A DNA stretch of 64,000 nt from assembly GCF_009914755.1 (NCBI RefSeq), contig NC_060926.1; one strand, written 5' to 3'. Positions 39,339 to 52,929 of this stretch are shown piece by piece; position 1 is the first letter of the stretch; every line of letters starts with the position of its first letter. The position numbers and the translations under genes were made by a program. This DNA is from the human T2T-CHM13v2.0 reference genome, Homo sapiens. A model generated the notes under the pieces. It was not told the origin of the DNA and did no database searches. It worked only from the letters and a program-made list of their open reading frames with translations.

Positions 39339-40480
39339 AGCCTTTGTATATTTTTATCACTTATATTTGAATACTGTCCAAACAAACTTCCCAGATAAAA
39401 GTTCTAAGTTTAAGCTTTGGAAATGTGTTGCTGTGGCCACTTATACTCAAAGAAAAGAGAGGACGAGGGAGGGGGAAGGAAGGAAAGTACTCTGGATCCA
39501 AAAGTTCAGGGTAGTTTTACAACACTTTGACAACACTTACTTGCCTGGTCACAGCATTTGCTTTCTCTTACCAGCAGTTTCTTCAAGTTCATGGCATTGC
39601 ACGTGGAGTGGCAGGACTTATGGAGCGGTTTTGATGCGATATGATACTCTGCCTTAAAACAACTCTAGAGAAAGACACAGGAGACACAAATGAAGTGAAT
39701 AGACATGCCCTTTAATTAGCATATATTCAAAGACCTGTCATGATGGGGCGATATACTAGGACCTTCAGTTTAACATTACTTAAGTGGGTAAAATGTGCAG
39801 AGGAAATTTCTTTGGCCCCAGAGTCTATCTGTCATATACATTTGCTGGGTCCAGCTGTATTTCCTAAATGCTGAACATATCGTTCTGGCTGTTTATATTC
39901 TTGGCATCCAGCACTGCTGTGCATTCCCAAGCGCCAGAGAGCACGGAGCGCAGCAGTAGCTTTCCCTAAAAGGCCTGTAAAGCCATGACTAGTTTATTCT
40001 CTCAAGGATCCAAGGTACTTGTTAAAGCACAAGATCTGTTGCAACTGACGTGGCTCTGAATTAAATGTGTCGCAACACATTCTTAGGGAGACAGAGTTCC
40101 TTTGACTAACAGCCTCCATGTTTGTCAAAACTACTGTAAGCCAAAGGTTAGCAGCAGCATCTGGCAGCACAAAACCAAGTCTACAAAGCTAAAGTAAGCA
40201 CTAGGCCAGTGAGTCCAATGCCTGCTACAGCTTACTCTCTCCACTGCTCGGTCTGGGTATGAATTTACAGACTACACTGGGTGCATAAAAACAGAGCAGA
40301 AACCTGGGTGATTCTTTTACTCCCAGAGAGAGATGCCCAACTCTGTTTTGGAACAGGCAATGTGGTGGATTTTCAAAAACATTTGTTTTCATTGATTATA
40401 TATTTTAAATGAAAAAAATGACATTTTTAGGTAGCTCAGTTTAAGATATTCAAAATCTCATAGAGGCAGAAACATTAAAA

Positions 40481-40645
40481 AGGGCTGGGGGAGGGATAGC
40501 ATTAGGAGAAATACCTAATGTAAGTGACAAGTTAATGGGTGCAGCAGACCAACATGGCACGTGTATACCTATGTAACAAACCTGCACGTTGTGCACATGT
40601 ACCCCAGAGCTTAAAGTATAATGAAAAAAATAATTAATTAAAAAT
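40481..40645 (+). mobile_element. Short L1PA (PA6/7-like) 3' end
   Basis: 'gggagggatagcattaggagaaatacctaatgta...cttaaagtataat'. Confidence 0.92.
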
Positions 40646-41429
40646 TTAAACAAAAAAGTAAGTCTAAGATCAAATGGCACAGGAATGCAGTGGAGGGACT
40701 TAACCCAGGCTGAGACAGGAGGGGAGGCAATGGTGGCACCATGGGGCTGCTACCAGTTTCCCTGGAACCCCAGATAACTCTGCAATCCGAATAACTGGAC
40801 ATACAGCATCCAGCTTGTTTACACACCTTCACTTTGAGCCACTGGGGGATGGGCAGATTGGTACACAGGTTTTCTAGAGGAGGCCTAAATTAAGGTTTAG
40901 AGTGCAAACTGAAACAAATGGGGAGGTGTCACTCTTATAAAGGTTAGAATCCAGCTTTCACTTGAGGCCGAATACTTCTGATGTCTCAGCTTTATGTGTG
41001 TTTAACACAGTAGGTATCAAAGCATCTGATATTTCAAAATGCACTTGTGGCCTACCTCTGACTCTGACCTAAAGAGGGAATGAAATAATTTGTAAGCATG
41101 GCAGATCAAGGAAAAAGAGAATTTGTTCTAGCAAAAGTCTTTAAAAGGTGATACCTTTGGATATGGAAGTTTCACTTAAAGAATTTTATTTCAAGTGAAT
41201 ACTTAAGAGAATATTTAGTTACAAGTATATCCATCACTGTTTTGTTTTCTTCTTGAAAGAAAGGAAAAACAGGAAGCCATCTAAATATTTGTCCAACAGT
41301 AACACATTATATGGTACAGTCCTATAATAGAATAATTTACAGTCTTTAAAAAGTGATTTTATAGAATAATATGAAAAAATGGAATGACATTGTTCAGAAA
41401 AAAAAAGCAAATTGAGAGTCATGCTATGA

Positions 41430-43925
41430 AAGACACTACAAAGAGGGTAAAATGACAAAATATTTGCAAATCATATATTGGATAAAGAACTTCTATCCAA
41501 AATACAAAAAAAAGTCAAAAAAACTCCATGAGAAACTAAAACCCAATTTTAAAATGAGCAAAGCATCTGAACAGATACATCACAAAAAAAATACTGATGG
41601 AAAATAAACATATGAAAAGATGCTTAACATCACTTGTGACTAGTGAAATGCAAATTAATACAACAATGAGATGCCAGTACACATCTATTCGAATAGCCAA
41701 AATCCAAAGCACTGATAATACAAATTGCTGGCAAGGAAGCTAAGCAACAGGAACTCTCATTCATTTCTGATGGGAATGCAAAATGATATAGCCACTTTAG
41801 AAGACAGCTTAGCAGTAAAGCAAAACTTAGTCTTACCATATGATCCAACAATCAGGCTCTCAATTATTTACCCAATTGATGTGAAAATATATGTCCATGT
41901 GCACAATATGTGCATGCACATGAAAAATCCACATGCAAAAATATTTGTAGCAGCTTTATTTATAATTGCCTAGAAGCAACTAATATGTCTTTTAATAGGT
42001 GAGTGGATCAATAAATTATGACACATACATATAATGGAATAATATTTAGCAATAAAAAGGAATGAGCTATCAAGCCATGCAAAAATATGGGTAAATCTTA
42101 AATGCATATTTCAAAGTGAAATAAGCCAATCTGAAAAGTTTGGATACCGTATGATCCAATTTTTATGACATTCTGGGTAAAAACAAAACAAACAAAAACT
42201 GCAGAGACGTCAAACAGATCCATGGTTGCCAGGGGTTTAGAAGAGAGATGGTCGAATAGGTGAAGCAAGGGAAGCTATTTTTTGGGTGGTGAAACTCTTC
42301 TGTATGATATTGCAATGGTAAATACTTAACACTGCATTTGTCAACATTTATAGAACTTTACAGCACAAAGAGTGAAACTTAAAGCGTGTGAATTTTCAAA
42401 AGTCATTTAAGAGACCAGGGGATCCCGGGTTGGAATGCAGACTATGACAAAGGAATTTCCGTTAGAAATATATAAAACGACCTCACTGAAGAGAGTGGGG
42501 GTAAAAGTGCCAAACTAAATAACTTTTTGGAATGAGTGGAAAGTAAAACTGTACATAAGCACTGTACTCTAATTGGTAAAATTATTGCCCATGAGAATAG
42601 GGGTTAACAATTCTGAAACCACCATATGTGCATCCTAGAATTGAACAATTAAGTAAATAAATGGCAGATGGTGGAAACTAGGTTTCTCACTATTGGAGTA
42701 GGAGTTTACAGAGAAGCAAGAAAATAAGTCTAGAATGATTCATGTACTGGATTAGAGTTGGAGATATCAGCATGAACTCATATTTAGTTTAATATAGATA
42801 CAAATGAATGTATAGGAAGAAATAATTATAGACATGTTTGCATACACCAGTTAGTGTACACCACATACATGTTTTCTTGCTCTGTTAGCTGAGAGAGCCT
42901 CAAAGCAACAAATTCAAGTACCAATGAGCCCACTCAGTGCCCAGATACTGATTTCTAATACCATTCTCCAATAAAAGAATCCAGAGCTCCTTGGAGAAAT
43001 GGCTGATCTCAGGTCAGGCAGGGAGAATGTAAGTCTGAAGCATCTTGTAAGTGCCAGAAAGTAAAACTTGCTCAAGAAAACCCACAACAATGGGGCATGT
43101 CAAAGGGACACAGCAGCCAACTGAAGAGCTCCCAATGGCCAAACCTGGAACAATTTGAGCAAAAAGATAAATAACAGTGTTGGATTATAACCCATAATAA
43201 TGAATAAATATCAGTTAATATTGTTACAAATAAGTGATTGAATATATAAGTGAGAGAGAATAAAAAATATATAAATTATCTGTAAAGAAGAATTCCAAAT
43301 AATTTATGTAGATACTGCCCCACTTTAAGGAGTAGAACATAACTTCCCATTTCTTAACAGTGGGCTCTACACAGTGACTTCCTTCCAAAAAGCACAGTAT
43401 GAAAAGTGTAACTTCATTGTGGAGAGAACTGACAAGCTACCTCAGCCAGATGATCGAGGTTGACATGTACAGTAATAAGTCATGCTGATAGTATGTATCC
43501 TTGATATGTTGGGATGATAATGGCATTTCTGGGGTTCTCCTCCCCAATATTCATAACCCCAGCATAATCATGAGAAAAAAACAAACATCTCAAATGAGGG
43601 ACATTCTACAAAACAACTAACCATTATTATTCAAAACTGTCAAAGTCATCAAGAACAAGGAAGCGTGAGAAACAGTTATAATCTAAGCAGCCTAAAGACA
43701 CAATAATTAAATGTAATGTGGTATCCTGGATGGGATTCTCGAACAGAAAAGGAATATAGGGTAAAAAGTAAAGAAATATGAATAAAGAAAGCATTGACTT
43801 CAGTTAGTAATAATGTATACTGTAACAATGTGGTCTATATGGGAAGTCTCCACTATCTTTACAACTTAAAAAATTTAAGCTTTAAGTATAAATCTTAAAC
43901 TAATATAAAATAGAAAGTTAATTAA
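41430..43925 (+). mobile_element. L1MC (L1MC3-like) ORF2 end and long 3' UTR
   Basis: 'atatttgcaaatcatata...caggaactctcattcatt...gagctatcaagccatg...aactgtacataagcactgtactcta...gatggtggaaactaggtttctcac'. Confidence 0.85.
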
Positions 43926-44759
43926 ACAAAGAGCGTGTTCTATAATTTTTCTGAATTTGTAGTTAGATAGATATTTAGATAGATAGATAGATACACATAT
44001 GGCCACATAGAAAAAAAGAAAAAAGCTATATCAAAATATTAACAGTGGCTATTGGTGGTGGTGTGATTAGAAAGTATTATTTCCTTATTTTGTTCATCTG
44101 TATATATGATTTCATAATACAAAAACAAAAATAAATTGTGAGTCTTTATTTGGACCAGAATACTTCCCTAAGTACAAAAATAAGAATCATATCTAGTATT
44201 TAAAATTTCTAAAAATATTTAACAGGCATGCAGTATGGAATAATTCTGTCGGGGAACAATATAAAAATTACTTTTTAATTTAAAACTCTTCTCCCAGTAT
44301 GCTCTTTGATAGTGCCTAAGGATAAATGTAAAGAAGAATAGTTATTTCTTAAACTAAGAATTTGACAAAACATAGCCCAGAAAGAGTCTCAAGTTAATCT
44401 TCCAGAGGAATTCCAATTCCCTCTTTTAATTCATTCACTTTCCTGATTCTAATTTCTTATGTAATTTAAGATGTTTTAAAACCTCTAGAGAGGCTGGTCT
44501 GAGGCTCCAAGGAGGTGCTCTCAGATGACCCTTGAATTCCGTTCTAAGCACACCTCCTAGAGCAGACTCTTGCCTTGTAGATTAGGAGATGATGGTTGTG
44601 CACAACGTCAGAATGCTGGTAATGTCATTAACACCTTCTCCAGTGAGAAGCAATTAGCTATTTTCAACAAAAATGTATTCTGTAATTCCCATGATGCCTT
44701 CGCTTACTCTTTTCAAAATTATTCAATCATTCTGTGCTTGAATTTATTTGAGATAGGCC

Positions 44760-44885
44760 ATATATAGATATAAAATTATATATATAATATATAATATATA
44801 TTATATTATATATTTATATATAATATTTATATATAAATAATATATAAATATATTATATAAAATTATATATTATATATAATTTTTA
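44760..44885. repeat. AT-rich low-complexity tract
   Basis: About 120 bp of almost pure A/T. Confidence 0.9.
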
Positions 44886-45307
44886 AAACAGTTAAACATG
44901 CACTGTTTTATTTCAGTGAATGGAAGATTTTGTTTTAACTTTTATTTTAGGTTCTGGAGTATATGACCAGGTTTGTTATATAGGTAAATTGCACGTCTTG
45001 GGGGTTTGGTGTACAGATTATTTCATCACCCAGGTAATAAGCGTAGTACATAATAGGTAGTTTTTGGATCCTCTCCCTCCTCCCACCCTCCACCCTCGAA
45101 TAAGCCTTGGTCTCTGTTGTTCCCTTCTTTGTGTCCATATGTACTCAGTGTTTAGCTCCCATTTATAAGTGAGAACATACAGTATTTGGTTTTCTGTTTC
45201 TGTGTTAGTTTGCTTAGAATTATGGCCTCCAGCTCCATACATGTTGCTGCAAAGAATATAATCTTGTTCTTTTTTATGGCTGTGTAGTATTCTGTGGCGT
45301 ATATGTA

Positions 45308-45387
45308 TTAGATTGGTGCAAAAGTAAATGCAGTTTTTGCTATTACTGTCAAATGGCAACAATCACAATTACTTTTGCACCAACCTT
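45308..45387. mobile_element. MADE1 (Hsmar1 MITE) inside the L1
   Basis: ttagattggtgcaaaagtaa ... ttacttttgcaccaacct; 80-bp palindromic element with TA flanks. Confidence 0.93.
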
Positions 45388-48300
45388 TATGACATTTTAT
45401 TTATCCAGTCTATTGTTGATGGGCATTTAGGTTGATTCCATGACTTTGCTATTGTGAAAAGTGCTGTGATGAACATAAGCATGCATGTGTCTTTATGGTA
45501 GAATAATTTCTATTCATTTGGGTATATACCCAATAATAGGATTGCTGCATCAAATAATACTTCTGTTATTTGTTCTTTGAGAAATTGCTACACTGCTTTC
45601 TACAATGGCTGAACTAATTTACATTCTCACCAGCAGTGTATAAGTATTCCCTTTTCTCTGCAACCTTGCCAGCATCTGTTATTTTTTGACTTTTTAATAA
45701 TGGCCATTTTGACTGGTATGAGATGGTATCTCATTGTGGTTTTGATTGCCTTTCTCTAAAGATCATTGATATTAAGGCATTTTTTCATATGCTTTTTGTC
45801 CACCTGTATGTTTTCTTTTGAAAAGTGTTTGTTCATATCCTTTGCCCACTTTTTAATGGGGTTTTTTGTTTTTTGCTAGTTAATTTAAGTTCCTTATAGA
45901 TACTGGATATTAGACCTTTGTCAGATGCAGTTTGCAAATATTTTCTCCCATTCTATACGTTGTCTGTTTACTCTGCTGATGGTTTATTTTGCTGTGCAGG
46001 AGCTCTTAGTTTACTTACATCCCACTTATCACTTTTTGTTTTTGTTGCAATTGCTTTTGGTGTCTTTGTCATGAAATCTTTGTCAGGGCCTATGTCCTGA
46101 ATGGTATATCCTAGGTTATCTTCCAGGGTTTTATAGTTTTAGGTTTTACATTTAAGTCTTTAATCCACTTCGAATTGATTATTGTATATGGTGTAAGGGA
46201 GGGATCCAGTTTCCATCTTCTGCATATGGCTAGCCAGTTATCACAACACCATTGATTGAATAGGGATTCCTTTCCCCATTGCTTGTTTGCGTCAACTTTG
46301 TCAAATATCAGTTGGTTGTAGGTGTGTGGCTTTATTTCTGGGTTTTCTATTCTGTTTCATTGGTCTATGTGTCTGTTTTTCTACCAGTACTATGCTGTTT
46401 TGATTACTATAGCTCTGTAGTATAGTTTAAAGTTGCGTAACTGATGCCTCCAGCTTTGTTCTTTTTGCTTAGAATTGTCTTGACTATTCAAGCTCTTTTT
46501 GGTTCTCTATATGAATTTTAAAATAGTTTTTTTCTAATTCTGTGAAGAATGTCACTGATAGTTTGATAGGAATATCATTGAATCTGTAAATTGCTTTGGG
46601 CAGCATGGCCATTTTAACATTATTGATTCTTCCTATCCATGGACATGGAATGTTTTTCCATGTTTGTGTCATTTCTGATTTCTTGGAACAGTATTTTATA
46701 ATTCTCATTGTAGAGATTTTTCACTTCCCTGCTTAGCTGTATTCTTAGGTATTTTATTCTTTTTGTGACTATTGTGAATAGGATAGTATTCTTGATTTGG
46801 CTGTCAGCTTGATATTGTTTGTGTATAGAAATGCTACTGATTTTTTTACATTGATTTTGTATTCTGAAATTTTGCTGAAGTTTTTTTTTTTTTATCAGAT
46901 CTAGGAGCTTTGGGGAAGAGACTATGAAGTTTTCTAGGTATAGAATCATACTACATGCAAACAGAGATAGTTTGTCTTCCTCTCTTCTTGTTTGGATGTG
47001 TTTTATTTCTTTCTCTTGACTGATTGCTTTGTCTAAGACTTACAGTACTATGTTGAATGGGAGTGGTGAGAGTGAGCATCCTTGTCTTGTTCTGGTTCTC
47101 AAGGATAATGTTTCCAGCATTTGCCCATTCATACTAGGCCAACATCACAGGCCCAGTATGATGTTGCCTGTGAGTTTGTCATAGATGGCTCTTATTATTT
47201 TGAAATGAGATGCCTTCAATGCCTAGTTTATTGAGGGTTTTTAACATGAAGTGATGTTAAATTTTGTTGAAAGTCTTTTCTGAATCATGGTCATGATCAT
47301 ATGGTTTTTGTTTTTAGTTCTGTTTATGCGGTGAATCATATTTATTGATTTGCATATGTTGAACCAAGCTTGCATCACAGGGATAAAGCCTACTTGATCA
47401 CGGTGGGTTAGCTTTTTGATGTGTTGCTGGATTCAACTTGTTAGTATTTTGTTGAGGACTTTTGCATCTATGTTCATCAAGGATATTGGCCTGAAGTTTT
47501 TTGTTGTTGTTGTCTCTACCAGGTTTGGTATCATGATGATGCTGGCCTCATAGTTGGAGAGGAGTCACTCCTCTTCTATTTTTTGGAAAAGTTTTAGTAG
47601 GAATGGTACCAACTCTTCTTTACACATCTGGTAGAATTCAGCTGTGAATCCCTTTGCTCCTGGGTTTTTTCTGGTTGGTAAGATTTTGATTACTGATTCA
47701 ACTTCAGAAATTGTGATTGATTTGTTCAGTGATTCAATTTCTTCCTGGTTTAGTCTTGGGAGGTTGTATGTTTCCAGGAATTTTTCAGTTTCTTCTAGGT
47801 TTTCTAGTTTGTGTGCACAGAGGCGTTTGTAGTAGTCTCTGAGGGTTTTTTGTATTCCTGTGGGGTTAGTGGGAAAGTGCCCTTTGTCTTTCTAATTGTG
47901 TTTATTTGGATTATCTCCCTTTTCTTCTTTATTAGTCTAGCTAGTGGTCTATCAATCCTATTTATTCTTTCAAAAAACCAATTTTTGGACTCCTTGATCT
48001 TTTATATGTTTTGTGTATGTGTCCCAGTTTCCTTCAGTTCAGCTGCGATTTTTGTTATTTCTCGTCTTCTGCTAGCTTTGGGGTTGTTTTGCTTTTGTTT
48101 CTCTAGTTCTTCTAGAGATGACATTAGGTTGTTAATTTGAGATCTTTCTAACTTTTCTACATGGGTGTTTAGCACTATAAATTTCCCTCTTAACACTGCT
48201 TTAGCTGTGTCCCAGAGATTCTGGTATGTTGTATCCTTGTTCTCATTAGTTTCAAAGAGTTTCTTGATTTCTGTCTTAATTTCATTGTTTACCCAAATGT

Positions 48301-50479
48301 CATTCAGGACCAGGTTGTTTAATTTCCATGTAATTGGATGGTTTTGAATAATTTTCTTAGTATTGATTTCTATTTTTATTGTGCTGTGGTCCAAGAATGT
48401 GTTTGATATGATTACAGTTTTTCTGAATTTGCTGAGAATTGTTTTATGGCTGATTGTGTGGTCAATTTTAGAATATATGATATGTGCAGATGAGAATGTA
48501 TATTCTGTAGTTTTTGAGTGGAGAGTTCTGCAGATGTCCGATGTCCGTTAGGCCCATTTTGTCAAATGTAGAGTTCAGGTCCCAAATATCTTTGTTAGTT
48601 TTCTGCTTCAGTGATCTGTCTAAGACAATCAATGGGGTGTTGTCTTCTCCCACATCATTCTGTGGTTGTCTAAGTCTTTTTGCAGATCTCTAAGAACTTG
48701 CTTTATGAATCTGGATGCTTCTGTGTTGGGTGTACATGTATTTAAGATAGTTAGATCTTCTTGTTGAATTGAACCCTTACCATTATGCAATGTCCTTCTT
48801 TGTCTTTTTTTATTGTTGTTGGTTTAAAGTCTGTTTTGTCTGAAATTAGAATAGCAATCCTTGCTTTTTTCTGTTTTCTGTTTGCTTGGTGGATTTTTCT
48901 CCATCCCTTTACTTTGAGCCTATGTGTGTCACTGCATGTGAGATGGGTCTCTTGTAGACAGCATATAGTTGGGTCTTGTTTCTTTATCCAACTTGCCATT
49001 CTGTGCCTTTTAATTGTGACATTTAACCCATTTACATTCAAGGTTAATATTGATATGTGCAGGTTGGTGCTGTCATTGTGTAGTTAGATGCCTATTATGC
49101 AGACTTGACTATGTGGTTGTTTTATAGTGTCAATGGTCTATGGACTTCAGTGTGTTTTTGTGGTGTCTGGTAACACTCTTGTCTTTCCATATTTAGCACA
49201 CCCTCAAGGACCTATTGTAAGACAGGCCTGTTAGTAACAAATTTCCTTAGCATTTGTTTTTCTGGAAAGGATCTTATTTCTTCTCCATTTATGAAGATTA
49301 GTTTGGCTAAAAATGAAATTCTTGGTGAAAATTTATGTTCTTTAAGAATGCCAAAAATAGGCCCCCAATCTCTTCTGGCTTGTAGGGTTTCTGCTGAAAG
49401 GTCTGCTGTTAGCCTGGTGAGGCTCACTTTGTAGGTGACCTGCCCCTTTCTTTGTAGCTGTCTTTAACATTTTTTCTTTTATTTTGACCATGGATAATCT
49501 GATATCTGTGTTTTGAGGATTGTCATCTTGTATATTACTTCACAAGGGTTCTCTGCATTTCCTGAATTTGAATGTTGGCCTCTCTAGCAAGATTGGGTAA
49601 ACTCTTGTGAATGATATCTTCAAATATGTTTTCCAAGTTGCTTCCTTTCTCTCCCTCTCTTTCAAGGAGGCTTATAAGTCATAAATTTGGTCTCTTTACA
49701 TACACCCATATTTCTAAGAGGTTTTGTTCATTCTTCTTTTTTGATTTTTCTCTATTTTTGTCTGCTTGAGTTATTTCAGAGAATTTGTCTTCAGCTCTGA
49801 GATTCTTTCTTCAGCTTGGTTGATTCTGCTGTTAATATTTGTGATTTTATTACAAAATTCTGGAAGTGAGTTTTTCAGCTCTATCACTTCAGTTTGGTTC
49901 TTCTTTAAAATGGCCGTTTCATCTTTTATCTCCTGTATCATTTTATTGTATTCCTTAGATTCCTTGCATTGGGTTTCAATTTTCTTCTGAATGTAAATGA
50001 TCTTCATTCCTATCCATATTTTGAATTCTGTTTCAAATGTTTCAGCCATTTCAGCCAGATTAAGAGCCATTGCTGGGGTTGTTTGTTTGTAAGGAGATAA
50101 GACACTCTGGCTTTTTGAGTTGCCAGAGTTATTGAGCTGGTTCTTTCACATATGTGTGAGCTGATGTTCCTTCAATCTTTGAAGTTTCTGTCCTGTTGTT
50201 TTTTTGTTTGTTTGCTTTGTGTGTTTTGTTTTGCTTTTATCTTCTTTGATGCCTTTGGGGGTTTGATTATGGTATAAGGTGGGTTCAAGTGACTGGATTT
50301 GGTTCTAGTCTGCTCCTGGATCTTGGAGGAGCCCCTCCAATTATTGTCTTCATGCCTGCATTTCTTTTGTTGGGTGTTCTGGTCCATGGGGCTCCCTCAG
50401 GCAGGGGTCACAATTGACAGACAGGTTGTATCCTTGCCAGGCTGGCCCTAATTTGTGTCTGAGTGCCTCCTGCGGGAAA

Positions 50480-50970
50480 TGTGAGGTTGCACCTGCCTGC
50501 AGAGTTCAAGTAGAAGCAGGACTGCTGGACTAAAAGCTCTGGTGGGTGTGGGCAGTCTGGCTATGAGAGACAGGAGTCAGTGAAGTTTCCTGCCTTGCTG
50601 TCTGCTTGTTTCTGGGACAACAGGAGGCTGCACCCCTTGGCAAATTCAGGCATAAGTAAAACTTCTGGGCTGGAAGCTCTAGCAGATGTACCTTGCCTGC
50701 TTATGAGAGGTGGAATTGAGTGGAGTCTCCCATCCTGCCATCCAGGTATTACTTGGAACAGCAGAAGTCTGTGTCCACCAGCTAAGTTCAGACAGATGTG
50801 AGACTGCTGAACTGGAAGCTCTAGGAGGCATTGCCCACCTGGTTACCAGTGGAGGGGGTGGGTGGAGTTGCCAGCCCTGCCATCTGGGTGCTTTCTGGGA
50901 CAACAGGTGACTGCAGCTGCTGGCCAAGTTCAGGCCATAGCAGGACCACTGAGTCAGAAGCTGGCACTGA
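50480..50970 (-). repeat. Degenerate ~141-bp tandem repeats in the L1 5' UTR
   Basis: 'aagctct/aagctgg' recurs near 50534, 50674, 50816 and 50958; 'ctgggacaacagg' at 50613 and 50896. Confidence 0.7.
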
Positions 50971-52317
50971 GCCCCATCTGGTGAAGGAGGTGGAGCAATT
51001 TTATTGCTCCCAGGTGCCACAAATATATGGCCTCTACTGGGGCTGTGATACCAGTGCTGGTCTGCTCCAGGGCCCAAGGCTTGTAGAGGTCTCCTTGAAC
51101 TCTTGAGTTGCACATGCAACTCTCTGCCTTAGCCTAGAAGCATGGTGGAGGGGTTCAGGGGGTCCAGGAGTATTCTTCCATTCTGAGTCTTGCACAGGTC
51201 CCTGTGGAAAGTGTGAATCCCCCAAGGGGCTCTCACTTACTCAGTCTTTCCCATGTTTAACAGATTCTCCTAGCTCCTTACTGAGCCCAGACAGTCTAGT
51301 GCCCAGATTCTCTCCTCTCTGCTCTCTGTGTCCCCCTGCTGCCGTGACAGATCCCAACATGATTTCTCAGCTTGCAGGATTGGTGTTCACTAGCCCATTT
51401 GTTTCCTCTCCTTGAGAGTGGCATACAAGAGCTGCCTGTCGTCCACTATCTTGGCCCCAATTTTTTTTCCTCATGAGTCATTTTATTTACTCATTTCTCA
51501 TTCTACAAGTAGTCTTTGAGGGCTTGCCATTTTTCCATTACTATGTTAATAGTTGAGGATATTAAGGTATGAATAATAATATATAGCACCTAATTTTAAG
51601 GAGATCTTAGAAAAGAAGAAAGGGGACAGTGAGAAAAATAAATTATTATAATTAGAAAATAGAATAAAGAAAAGTTTAAGTAAAATAAAATGAACATTCA
51701 CAGCAAGGAGATATTACATCCATGTAGAAGGGGACAGGGAAGGATTTGCAAAAAGATAACTGAAAATTGGATCCTGCTTAATATTTGGTGGTATTGGGTG
51801 GAATGTTTATTCTCCTTTCTTCATGTTTCTGTGGAAGAACTTCAGCTAGAATAACACTTCTGACCACTCTCCCCACTCATTTCACCTTCCACAGAGAGTT
51901 AAATAATGAGTTCAAGAGCAGAAACTGAGCATGCTTGGCTTAGCCCATTTTGTTTTCTATTGCTTGACCCTTTGGAGTAGGAGTCTCTCTGCATGACCCT
52001 TTGATTTGATCTATCTTTTGTTATGCAATAAAAAAAATCCTTAATGCCTCTTTCTTCAGTTAACTTTATCAATAGTAGAGGAGACCATATAACCTGTGCC
52101 TGTCTCCTGAGTCTATCATAGAAGAGGAAGAAAGGTGTTATTATTTCATAAACAATCTAATAATAGACTTTGGATGTGTTGAGATAGAAGAGATGAGGGG
52201 AAAAGATAAGCAAAGACACAGATACAAAGTTTGGAGGAACATTGAGTATGTCAAATAGGAATTAAGTATGAATGAAGAGAGAAGTAGAAGATGAAGTTAA
52301 AAAGAAAGATTGGGGAA

Positions 52318-52836
52318 TGTATTAGTCAGGGTTCACCAGAGAAACAGAACCCATAGGATAAATATAGAGATATACCAAAAGAGATTTATTATGAGGAACT
52401 GGCTCAAGCTGTTATGAAAGCTGAAGACTCCCACTATCTGCTGTCTGCAAGCGAAAGGCCCAGGAAAGCTGATGCTGTAGTTCCAGTCCAAAACTGAAAG
52501 CCTGAGAGCCAGGGAAGCCACTGGTGTAAGTCTCAGTTTAATTCCGAAGGCCAAGAACCAGGAGCACTAATTTCTGAAGGCAGGAGGAGATGGACGTCTC
52601 AGCTCAAGCAGAAGGAGCAAGTTTGCTCTTTCTTCACCTTTTTGTTCTATTTGGGCCCTCAATGGATTGGTTGATGCCTGCCTATGCTGACAACAGCAAT
52701 CATCTTTATGCTGCCTACTGATTCAAATGCTAATCTCTTCCAGCAACGCCCTCAGGTGCACCTAGAAATAATGTTTTACCAGCTATCTGGGCATCCCTTA
52801 GCCCAGTCAAGTTAACACATAAAATTAACCATCACG
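52318..52836 (-). mobile_element. MLT2B (B4-like) solo LTR
   Basis: tgtattagtcagggttcaccagagaaacagaac ... gcccagtcaagttaacacataaaattaaccatcac. Confidence 0.92.
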
Positions 52837-52929
52837 ACTATTCTTGAAAGATCCAGAAAGCCAGGCTAATGCTTTAGAATTCTTTCATAGCCAATAGAGA
52901 GGTTCTGGAGTCCTGTATTTGCAGAGTAT

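Larger units (their letters stand above)
44935..51458 (-). mobile_element. Near-full-length old L1PA (L1PA15/16-like), ORFs disrupted
   Basis: 3' UTR at left; ORF2 remnants (48751-49041 endonuclease NVNGLN..CCLQETHL; 46620-46949 RT MILYLEN); ORF1 remnants (49212-49427 TADLSAETLQARRDWGPIF; 49771-50070); 5' start reads ggggccaagatagtggac on the minus strand. Confidence 0.95.

Noticed and set aside
46484-50070. Endonuclease, RT and ORF1-like peptides
   Set aside because: They are fragments of a decayed L1 with many stops and frameshifts, not a functional gene.
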